Below, in pieces: positions 7,166 through 15,680 of a DNA stretch of 32,000 nucleotides (its first letter is position 1; each line of letters begins with the position of its first letter). Position numbers and translations under genes: made by a program. Below the pieces are notes generated by a model. That model did not search any database. It was not told the origin of the DNA and saw only the letters and a list, made by a program, of their open reading frames with translations. This DNA is from Methanopyrus kandleri AV19 (GTDB taxonomy: Archaea; JAADCQ01; Methanopyri; Methanopyrales; Methanopyraceae): contig NC_003551.1 of NCBI RefSeq assembly GCF_000007185.1, positions 1,230,001 to 1,262,000 on the forward strand, read 5' to 3'.

Positions 7166-10100
7166 GTGACGACCGTGCGAATTCCCATCCTGCTCGTCGT
7201 CTCCCTCACCGTCGCGGCGATCGGCGCGCAGGCGCTGGATCTCTACCCGTACGAGGTCATCAGAATAGGGACGGACGCCATCGGTCCGCCCGTCCTCCAC
7301 GCGACCCGGGACGGCCTGAGCGTGTACTACCCGACGAAGGGTGGGACGTGGGTCGGGGTGTCCCTCGACCGGGACCTCCGCGTACGCGGCGTGGCGCTCG
7401 ACGCGGTCCCGGTCCGCGAACGCGACCTACCGACCGGCAGGGGATCGTACTACCGGGCGCTCGAGGTGAACGGTGAGGTGCTGGTCGTCGACGACCTCGG
7501 CGACGTCGTGTACCGGGACGCGGGCCGCTCACCGAACGTCACGAGGCCGAGGTGGAAGCCGCTCACCTGCGTCGCCTACGTCGGTCGGGACGGGAGGATC
7601 CGGGCCGTGACGATCGGCTCCGGCGGCGAGGTCACCGCCTTCGACCTGAACGTCCGCGGCGAGGATCCCGTCGCCCTGATCGACGACGAGACGGCGCTCG
7701 CGTGCTACAGGTCCGGCGGCGACGTCTACCTGGCCGTCCTGGGGACCGAGTGGTCGGTCCTGGAGAGGGGCCCCGAGTGCGTCCTGCTGCACCGGGAGGG
7801 AGACCGGTGGGTCGAGGTCCTCCGCTGGTACCTTCCCGAGCGCCGCCACTACGACCACCTGATCGAGGCGCCCCACGAGCGGCTCGTCGTCGGACGGGTC
7901 GTCGAGCTCCTGGGTCGCGAGGTCTGGACGTTCCCGCTACCGCTGAGCCCCCTGATCGACCGGTCCACGGGCCGGATCCTGGGGTGGAGGGTCGGGAGCG
8001 TGCCGGTGCTCGAGTCCGACGGCGAGATCGAGGTCGTCACGGGCGACGGGAGGACCACCGTGGGCGAGGGCGAGCTCCTGAGCGCCGTGGACCTCGGGTG
8101 GGGACACCTCCTGGTCCTGAGGACCCCCGACGGTCGGATCGAGTTCGAGCTCGTGGAGTTCCGGCTCTACGGTCCGCCGGAGGTGAGGGACCTGAAGCCC
8201 GAGGTCATCCGGCTCGGCGACCGCACGCTCTACCTGGCCACGGCCGGGGTCGAACCGGTGACGACGATCCTGGTGTTCGACCCGGGAACGCGCCGCCTCT
8301 ACACGCTCTACGGTAAGGACTACCGCGTCGAGGGAGACGAGCTGGAGGTGACGGACCCGTGGGGCCGGACGCTCCGCTACGTCTACGACCCGGAGCTGGG
8401 CCCGGTACCACCCGTCCTGGTGCGCGACGGGACGGTCCTGGTGTGGAACGGGGGCGGGTTCGAGGAGGTCCTCACGACCTCGGGGCCGGAGGACGTACTG
8501 CCGCTGGACGACACCGGGATCCTGCTGATCTCGCGCACCGGATCGTACCTGGTGGATCTCGGGCGGGATCGTCCCGAGGTCCTGCCCGTCGACGCCGTGT
8601 GGAACGACTACGGCTCGTGCAGCCACTGCGGGGTCATCGTCGCGGTCCGCGAGGGCGACGCGGTGCGGGTGATCACCCCGCTCGGGACCTTCGAGCTCCC
8701 GGACGCCCGGGAGGCCCTCTGGCTGAACGACCGCCTCGTCGTCTACGAGGGGAAGGACGGCGCCCTCCACGTCGTCACCCACGACGGTCGCCGCGCCCTC
8801 GGCGAGGCCGAGGACGCGGAGGTGGTGGCGCGCGTCGGACCGTTCGTCGTGCTCAGGGAGAGAGGGACGTACGAGCTCCTCGCCAGGCTGACGGACGGCC
8901 TGTGCGTCGGACTCCCGCTCCCGGAGGTCCGCGGTCACGAGATCGTGTACCGCGTCGGCGACCGTGAGTGCCCGATCGACCTGGAGGACCTGCTCCCGGA
9001 GCGCCAGGTGCCGGACCGCTGGTACGTCGTCGAGGACCTCGCGCTGGGCGACCTACCGGACGCCTGGTGCCGACCGGCCGGGGACGGGACGTGCCGCGTC
9101 CTGAGGGACGGGGACGAGATCGTCGTGGAACTGTCCACGGGGTTCGGGCCCGTGAGGGTGCGGACGGGACTCACCGGCGATCCCGTGATCGCCGGGCTGA
9201 ACCGCTCGCTCCTCACGGTCGTGTACCGGGCGCCCGACGGGACCGCACACGCCGCCCTGCTCTCCCCGACGCCGATCGTCGGGAGGTACACCGACAAGGG
9301 ACTGGAGGTCGTGAGACTGGGGCCCGACGGTCCGGAGCGCGTCGACCTCCTACCGCCCGCCGAGAGGGAGACCCTGACGTCGCTCCTCGTGGTCTCGACG
9401 GTGCCCGAGTACGCGTGCGCCACGCGCGTGAAGGTCGGGGACCGGACGTACTACCTGCTCTCGGGGTCCCTGTACGACGCCGAGGGACGCGCCTTGGATC
9501 ACCGGCCCGGGTCGACGCCGGGGTGCGCGGGCGAGACCGTGGTCGTACCCGCGCCGATCTTCTCTTCCCTCCGTAGGTACTACCCCGTCGCGACGGTGCC
9601 GGCGCTCCTGGTGGGGTCCCGGGAACCCCCGTCCGGCGACCGCATCGAGCTGGACGGCGTCACCGTGCTGGTCCACCGGGAGGGCGACGTTACCGTCCTC
9701 ACGTTCGTCCGCGACGGACGCTCCGTGGACCTGGTGCTACCACCCCTCCCACGGGGTGACTGGCGCGTCGAGCGCGTCTCGGGGAGGGCGCTGAGGCTGT
9801 CGACTCCCGACGGGTTCGAGCTGGAGCTCGTGACCGACCCGTGGCCGACGCCGACCGTCAGGGTCAGGACCGGCCCGACCCGGCTCGAGGTCGAGAGATG
9901 GGACGGGGACGGCTACCGACCCGCGCTGACGCTCCGGGTCTCACCGCCCGAGGTCAACGTGGCCCTCCTGTCGAACTGCGACGTGGCCGCGGTCGTCGGC
10001 CGGCTGGTGTTCCTGAGCGGGAAGGTCTGGAGGGACGTCGGTACCCTCCGATCGGTGGCGGTGTGGTCCTCCGACGACTCGACCGTCCTCCTCGAACGGG

Positions 10101-10579
10101 TCGCGGCGTTCGACCGCTTCACGCGCGAGCGCGTGCTGGCGACACTACCCGGACGGTTCGTCCGCGTCGTCCCGACGGAGCTCGGGTGCGACGGGGAGCC
10201 GGTGACGCTGATCGTGACCGAGGGGACCGTGGTCGCCCTGACCGGGTCGTCGAGGGTCCTGGAGCCCGAGTACCTGAGACGGCTGGACGGGGGCTGGTTC
10301 CTGGCCGTGTTCGACATCGACGGGGAGTATCTGGTGGTGCTGTCGGACGGGAAGAAGGTGGTGGACCGGCGCCTCTACGACTCGGTCGAGCCGAGGCCGG
10401 ACGGCACGCTGGTGGCGCGGACGCCCGCGGGTGAGGAGGTCGTGCTGAGGGTCGAGCGGACGGGGGACGGGTGGACGCTGACCGAGGGGAGACCGGACGA
10501 GCGGAAGGGCGGTGGGAGGACCCGACGGATCCCCGTACCGGTACCGCCGGTGCCCGTCCGACGGCGACGATCGGCCTAG
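7166..10579 (+). CDS. Very large predicted secreted/surface beta-rich (propeller-like) protein
   Basis: 1137 aa, GTG start, signal peptide MTTVRIPILLVVSLTVAAIGAQA, and dozens of short beta-strand/turn modules (e.g. LVFDPGTRRLYTLYGKDYRV, YEGKDGALHVVTHDGRRAL, LVVLSDGKKVVDRRLYDS). Strong TATA-like CTTTAAAAATAC at about 7100. Confidence 0.75.
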   Translation: MTTVRIPILLVVSLTVAAIGAQALDLYPYEVIRIGTDAIGPPVLHATRDGLSVYYPTKGGTWVGVSLDRDLRVRGVALDAVPVRERDLPTGRGSYYRALEVNGEVLVVDDLGDVVYRDAGRSPNVTRPRWKPLTCVAYVGRDGRIRAVTIGSGGEVTAFDLNVRGEDPVALIDDETALACYRSGGDVYLAVLGTEWSVLERGPECVLLHREGDRWVEVLRWYLPERRHYDHLIEAPHERLVVGRVVELLGREVWTFPLPLSPLIDRSTGRILGWRVGSVPVLESDGEIEVVTGDGRTTVGEGELLSAVDLGWGHLLVLRTPDGRIEFELVEFRLYGPPEVRDLKPEVIRLGDRTLYLATAGVEPVTTILVFDPGTRRLYTLYGKDYRVEGDELEVTDPWGRTLRYVYDPELGPVPPVLVRDGTVLVWNGGGFEEVLTTSGPEDVLPLDDTGILLISRTGSYLVDLGRDRPEVLPVDAVWNDYGSCSHCGVIVAVREGDAVRVITPLGTFELPDAREALWLNDRLVVYEGKDGALHVVTHDGRRALGEAEDAEVVARVGPFVVLRERGTYELLARLTDGLCVGLPLPEVRGHEIVYRVGDRECPIDLEDLLPERQVPDRWYVVEDLALGDLPDAWCRPAGDGTCRVLRDGDEIVVELSTGFGPVRVRTGLTGDPVIAGLNRSLLTVVYRAPDGTAHAALLSPTPIVGRYTDKGLEVVRLGPDGPERVDLLPPAERETLTSLLVVSTVPEYACATRVKVGDRTYYLLSGSLYDAEGRALDHRPGSTPGCAGETVVVPAPIFSSLRRYYPVATVPALLVGSREPPSGDRIELDGVTVLVHREGDVTVLTFVRDGRSVDLVLPPLPRGDWRVERVSGRALRLSTPDGFELELVTDPWPTPTVRVRTGPTRLEVERWDGDGYRPALTLRVSPPEVNVALLSNCDVAAVVGRLVFLSGKVWRDVGTLRSVAVWSSDDSTVLLERVAAFDRFTRERVLATLPGRFVRVVPTELGCDGEPVTLIVTEGTVVALTGSSRVLEPEYLRRLDGGWFLAVFDIDGEYLVVLSDGKKVVDRRLYDSVEPRPDGTLVARTPAGEEVVLRVERTGDGWTLTEGRPDERKGGGRTRRIPVPVPPVPVRRRRSA

Positions 10580-11415
10580 AACTCGATCAACCGCCGCTGC
10601 CCCGACCGTCCCCTTACCGACTCGCCCAGCACGTTCAGTAGCGAGTCCATTCGACGCAGTTCCTTCAGGTAGTCCTTCGAGCACAGTTTGTAGGACCACA
10701 GCAGAATTTTACCTTGACAGAGTCAGAAATTATTGATGAGTCAGTCAGTAGATCTTCTACCCGTCTACTTGAGTGATCGTCGTCCTTCTGAGTGGTGAGG
10801 GGGTCCTGCTCCTCGGACGTCTCCGGCTTCGGGGTTCGGACCTGGGGTCTCGAGGGAGAAGACACGCCCCTGTACGCGCGCTTCCAACAGCCCTGAGAGG
10901 CCCCGGTGGCGGGGAAGTGGGAGGGACATCACCTGGACGCCGTTCCTACCCTTAGTACCCGTCCGACCGGGGCGCCGGAGGTGACGGTTCACGCCGCTGC
11001 TGATCGTCCTCCCGCTGGTGCTCGCGGTGACTGACCGGGAGCGTGTCCGGTGACTACGAACTGCTGCACAAACGGCGCGAACGGGTGCAACGCCTACGCG
11101 TGGAGCGTCACGAGCCGGCTCATACCGATCCGCGCCGTCTCGGAGGTGCGGGGCTCGCCGTGAGGCCCTCGATCCTGCCGGTGACGACCGTGTGAGGATC
11201 ACCCTCGGCCGTCGAACCGTCGCTCCGGCGTCTGGCAGATTAGGAAACCGAAATCGAGTGGAGAGAAACAGGCATGTTTGACGTCTAAGTCCGCGGCGCG
11301 TCCGCGAGGGGACCACACCCGGGAGCACTCGACGTGAGATGTCGTTAACGTGGGGTAAGAGTTTATCCGAAAGCGGGTCCTCCCGCCGCCCGCGACGTCG
11401 CTCGGGGGAGTTCAG

Positions 11416-11982
11416 TTGCGTGTGATGCTCGACACCAACGTGGTCCTCCGGGCCGTCGAGGAGCTCCTCTCACCCTCGATCCCAGAGGTGACCAGGCCGG
11501 TCCTCATCTCGGAGGGCGGAAGGGGCGTTCGTAGGCGACTCATCGGGCTGAAACCCTCCTCGAGGGAGCAACGTGTGGAATCCCTTTACACGTTCACGTT
11601 CTCCCTGCTCGGATGCCTCGACGTGACCTTGGTGGTGGGTCCCAGGCTCATGAAGGAGTACGAGAAGAACCTGGCAGGGGAGTCCTTCTTCAACCGCTGT
11701 TGGAACCTCCGAGGTGTTCTTCAACTGCTCGAAGAGAAGTGCAAGTGGGTGGACCCGGACGAAGAGCTCGTGGAGTTGTGTCGTAAGGCTCATCCCAAGG
11801 ACGATCCCGCGGACGCCGAGCACGCGGCCGTCTGCCTACAAACTAAAGCGGTGTTGGTCACCCTAGACGTGAGTCATTTTTCACAGATGGCGGAGGAGCT
11901 GAGGAGAGAGGGTTTAGCACTGAAATGGCGGACGCCGTTCGACTTCCTCCAGGAGCTCGGCGTGTTCAAATGTAGAGGTTAA
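11416..11982 (+). CDS. PIN-domain ribonuclease-like protein (VapC-like fold)
   Basis: N-terminal MLDTNVVL, then HPKDDPADAEHAAVCLQTKAVLVTLDVSHF, matching the acidic residue spacing of PIN domains. SD gggggag precedes a TTG start at 11416; an alternative ATG is at 11425. Confidence 0.65.
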   Translation: MRVMLDTNVVLRAVEELLSPSIPEVTRPVLISEGGRGVRRRLIGLKPSSREQRVESLYTFTFSLLGCLDVTLVVGPRLMKEYEKNLAGESFFNRCWNLRGVLQLLEEKCKWVDPDEELVELCRKAHPKDDPADAEHAAVCLQTKAVLVTLDVSHFSQMAEELRREGLALKWRTPFDFLQELGVFKCRG

Positions 11983-12934
11983 GGTTAGGGGTAACGTCGG
12001 GCATGGTCTGAGGTTCGGGCTCCACCCACCAGAGCATCTCCGGACAACCCTCGCGCAGGTACCACTCTAACCCCGCTCTCAACTCCCGGTACAGGTGCCT
12101 CAGACCCTCGCACTCAGGTAGGTAACCACCGTACTCCTCGTAGAAGTTCCGGTAACTCGAGCGTCGATCGTACACGCGGTCGGATCGGGTGAGGAACTCG
12201 TGGAGTACGCCCGCGTGTACGTTCGCACCGACCACCGCCGCGAACCCCAGCGGCTCGTACTCGAGCAGGGCCACCGGCGCCTTGACGTCCATCACGAGGG
12301 GTACCACGAGCTCCGAGCATTCCCTCAGCCTCTCGAGGCCGGCGGTCGTCATGTTCGCGCTCGTGATCGCCATCACGTTGTCCGTGTAACAGACCTCGAA
12401 ATGGACGCCTTTCTTCTCGAACTTCTCCCGACCGACGACCCGCACCTCGAACCCGGCCTCGACCCAGGACTCGATCACCTCCTCGCTCGGGTGAACCCTA
12501 CCCTCGTACTCCACCTCTTGCACGAGCAGGCGCCGACACTCCGCCCGGATCTCCTCCGGATCCACGCCCAGCTCCTCCATCACCTCCTCGAACTCATCCA
12601 GCCCGTACGAGGTGATGAAGAGTACCGAGGCGTCCGGGTCCGTGAACACCTTCCGCAGGGTCTCGAGACCGGCCTTCCCGCACGCTCCTCCGACCTTCAC
12701 GGGCACGCCGGGCAGTCTGAGCACCTCGAAACAGGCCTCCAAGAGCTCCCTCTCACCCGCTAACACCTCGAGCTCGAACCGCCTGAACAGGTCCTTGGCT
12801 TCCCCCAACACCAGCTCCACAGAGTTCTTACCCTCGGGGAACCCCTTACCTGAGGCCGGATAGCGCTTCACGAGCCTGAGGACGGCGAGCGTGGTGACGT
12901 CCAACGCGAGACCGTAAAGCGAGGATTTATCCAA
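11966..12934 (-). CDS. Phospholipase-D-like superfamily protein with a degenerate HKD motif
   Basis: HFEVCYTDNVMAITSANMTTAGLER follows the HxK(x)4D...GSxN pattern in degenerate form. The N-terminus is helical (TTG start). Confidence 0.45.
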   Translation of the reverse strand: MDKSSLYGLALDVTTLAVLRLVKRYPASGKGFPEGKNSVELVLGEAKDLFRRFELEVLAGERELLEACFEVLRLPGVPVKVGGACGKAGLETLRKVFTDPDASVLFITSYGLDEFEEVMEELGVDPEEIRAECRRLLVQEVEYEGRVHPSEEVIESWVEAGFEVRVVGREKFEKKGVHFEVCYTDNVMAITSANMTTAGLERLRECSELVVPLVMDVKAPVALLEYEPLGFAAVVGANVHAGVLHEFLTRSDRVYDRRSSYRNFYEEYGGYLPECEGLRHLYRELRAGLEWYLREGCPEMLWWVEPEPQTMPDVTPNLNLYI

Positions 12935-13553
12935 ATGAACAGCCCCCGTTACTTGGGGGGAGGGGGAGGTCCTTTACTATACAAGTTTCTACTCCGATCT
13001 GGTAAGTGGTCGTTGTACCCGGAAACGTGCGGTCCTCTCCCCACGGTTGTCCTCGGAGCGAAATCCTTCCTCGCTTTCCCTTGAACTTGTTAATTGCACT
13101 GTGTGCACCGTGAGCGTGGGGTTCTACCGGTACCACGCCGTGATATTCGAAGAGAGAAGGCCCGGAGCTGGCGAGGGAAGCTTTGTGGAGTAATCCATGG
13201 GGCAGGATCTTCCTGTTAGAAACTCGAGCGGATCCGCCTGTCCAGGGTCGAGCTCGACCGGGGTTCGGTTACTCGGAGGACTACCGGCCGATCGGCCCCG
13301 TCCGGGTGAGCCCGGAGGAGGTGATCGAACGGTACGGGAGCTGGCCCGAATTCATCCGTCGGTACGCGAATGGACTAATCGGCTTGGGAATCGTCTCTGA
13401 CCTCGGTCGGAAGAGGAAGACAGTACGTCATTCGGCGCTTCCCGAGGCTGCGAGTCGCATGGGGGCCTCGGGGAGAGGCGGGGGAGGCTTCAGATGGCCC
13501 GGTGATGGTTCTTCGAAGTATAGCTACAACCCGAACTTTACTCCCTATTTAGT

Positions 13554-14471
13554 TTAAATTTGATTTTTCATCCATTTTAACTCGCCATCTTTTCGCTCGA
13601 TCCAACTATTCTCAACGGCAAAATTGATAATTTCTTGTAGTTCCTTCTCATTTACTTTGCGCTTATCTAATGCCTTCTTTTTAATCTCATTTTCTGGAAC
13701 ACAGCCAGCTTTTCGTATTTCTGATAATATCCATTTCATGTCTGTAAGTATCCCAGGGATATGTGCACTTACGTCTATAGCTAAACTTACAATACTTCTA
13801 TCAAATTTTTCTACGACTTCTATAGCTTTATCTACATCATTCTTAGAATACCATAACTCGCCCTTTTCAATGTTATCAGAATACTTATCATAATACGCAT
13901 CTTCCATTTTCTCTAGTATATTACAATATTTTTTGATAAATTTACTTATTTCATCAGCCAACTCACTTAATCTACAATTATTAGAATATTCTTCATCGCA
14001 TAATTTCTCAGCTATCCCATCTATATCTTTAAGCGTCTTCTTTAAATGATCAAGTATGTCAATTACATTATGACTCTTATATACACACCTTCTTACCTTT
14101 TTAGCATCATTTGGATTCAGTATTACGTAGTAACCTTCTTTTCCTTTTTTCCATATTCCGATAAGCCACATTAAACGCTCTGCAATGTACTTCGCCATCA
14201 GCTCTAGTGATTGGTTAAGTAATGCCACTAAAATCGTATTTATATCACCTTGTTTAATATTCTCATCGGTCTTAATAAACGCTTCCACTAAGATCTTAGT
14301 CTCTATATCATTTTGACTTACCTTAACATCTTTGTGGATACCAATCTCTTTATGGATGTAATCCCTGCACTCCTTGTTTTCCCGATAGCACTTTACCGCA
14401 GCTAGTAACCATTTCGCCCTCCAGTATATCGGTTCCGCAGGCTCCCTAAACACGATCACGTACTTCCCCAC
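13554..14471 (-). CDS. AT-rich orphan helical protein (305 aa)
   Basis: Long open frame in DNA much richer in A+T than its neighbours, with Lys/Ile/Asn-rich codon usage (ENIKQGDINTILVALLNQSLELMAKYIAERL...). No family recognised. Confidence 0.65.
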   Translation of the reverse strand: MGKYVIVFREPAEPIYWRAKWLLAAVKCYRENKECRDYIHKEIGIHKDVKVSQNDIETKILVEAFIKTDENIKQGDINTILVALLNQSLELMAKYIAERLMWLIGIWKKGKEGYYVILNPNDAKKVRRCVYKSHNVIDILDHLKKTLKDIDGIAEKLCDEEYSNNCRLSELADEISKFIKKYCNILEKMEDAYYDKYSDNIEKGELWYSKNDVDKAIEVVEKFDRSIVSLAIDVSAHIPGILTDMKWILSEIRKAGCVPENEIKKKALDKRKVNEKELQEIINFAVENSWIERKDGELKWMKNQI

Positions 14472-14602
14472 GGGCTGAGGTACCGCTCCCGCAACGTTTA
14501 GAAGAGTTACTAAATAAACATTGTGGAGCGAGGTGTTTTTTCTCGGCTGCGCTGGGGATCCAACGACTGGCGCACAACTCCCCGTACAGTCACCACCGGG
14601 GT

Positions 14603-15679
14603 GTGAAGTGCTCGGGGGACGGGGGCGTGCTCCTTCGTCCCGCGGATTCGTGGGCGGGCGTGCTGGTGGATACGGGGAGCACGATCGTCGCCGTGGACGC
14701 GGGCCCCAACCCGTGGCACGCGGAGGACACCGACTACCTCCTTCTCACCCACGCCCACCTCGATCACGTGGCCTCCCTGGACAGGTACTCGAGGAACGGT
14801 GCGAAAGTACTGTGCCCGGGTGACGTGCGCGACGACTTGGGGCTCGTGGACAGCGCGGTGGGCGTGAAGAAGGTGAAGTCGATGCTCTACGACGTGATCG
14901 TCCACCCCATCCCCGTAGAACACACGTGCAGCGCGTACGCCTACGTCCTGGACTTGGAGGAGTGTAACGTCCTGGTCACGGGTGATTGGCACGTGGGACC
15001 GCGCACGATCGATGGTGAGATCAAACCCCTCTGGAAGGCCGTGCGTGAGGTCGTCGGGGGCGAGGGGGTCGACGTGATCGTCTCGGAGGCCACGCGGGCC
15101 CTCGTGGACGCTCCCGAGCTGGGCGGGAACGAGAGGGTTTTCGAGTACGCCCTGTCCCTACACGACCCGCGGGACGTCCTCGCCTTCCTCCAACCCACGG
15201 ACCTCGAGATCATCGACACGGCCTTCCGAGTGGCCTCGGACCTGGGACTCGACGTCGTCGTGGACTCGGAAACCGATCGGAAGCTCAAGTTCTTGGAGAG
15301 GCGTGGGGACGTGGAGTGGGAGTACGACGTGGCCGACGAGCCCCTGGTGCGCTCCCTGTACCTGACCGTGAGCTGGGAGAAGGCGAGGGAGTTGGCCGAG
15401 GCGGGGCTCGTGGAGGCCGTCGTGGGTAACTGGGCGACGGTCCACCATCTGAGGCGTCGAGTCGGAGTGAAGTACGCGTACGTGATCCCCAGGTCCGGGC
15501 ACGCGTCCCGACCCGAGATAACCCGACTGATCACCGAGCTGGAACCCTCGTGCCTCGTGTTCAGACACCGGTCCGGGGACGCCACCCGCCTCGAACGGTA
15601 CTACTCCAGGTTCGTGGACGAGGTGAGGGTGTGGGTGGGGAGAGGGTGCAGGGACGAGTCCCTCGAGCTCCCGCCCTGA
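14603..15679 (+). CDS. Metallo-beta-lactamase-fold hydrolase
   Basis: TDYLLLTHAHLDHVASLDRYS (HxHxDH), GDWHVGPRTIDGEIKP and IPRSGHASRPEITRLI resemble the MBL/RNase J/Z architecture. Stop codon lies 1 nt from the stop of the convergent methylase gene. Confidence 0.75.
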   Translation: MKCSGDGGVLLRPADSWAGVLVDTGSTIVAVDAGPNPWHAEDTDYLLLTHAHLDHVASLDRYSRNGAKVLCPGDVRDDLGLVDSAVGVKKVKSMLYDVIVHPIPVEHTCSAYAYVLDLEECNVLVTGDWHVGPRTIDGEIKPLWKAVREVVGGEGVDVIVSEATRALVDAPELGGNERVFEYALSLHDPRDVLAFLQPTDLEIIDTAFRVASDLGLDVVVDSETDRKLKFLERRGDVEWEYDVADEPLVRSLYLTVSWEKARELAEAGLVEAVVGNWATVHHLRRRVGVKYAYVIPRSGHASRPEITRLITELEPSCLVFRHRSGDATRLERYYSRFVDEVRVWVGRGCRDESLELPP

Positions 15680-15680
15680 C

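Noticed and set aside
7937-8938. 333-aa minus-strand ORF opposite the giant surface protein
   Set aside because: Shadow ORF in GC-rich coding DNA. Low-complexity Arg/Val/Asp/His-rich translation, fully inside a better-supported plus-strand gene.
13554-14471. Assigning the AT-rich orphan as a fourth member of the 25.9-31.2 kb paralog family
   Set aside because: Both are helical with an AT-rich character, but I could not align the family hallmark blocks (SDLGL, LGIDD...EEIRLGD...EYDP) to it.
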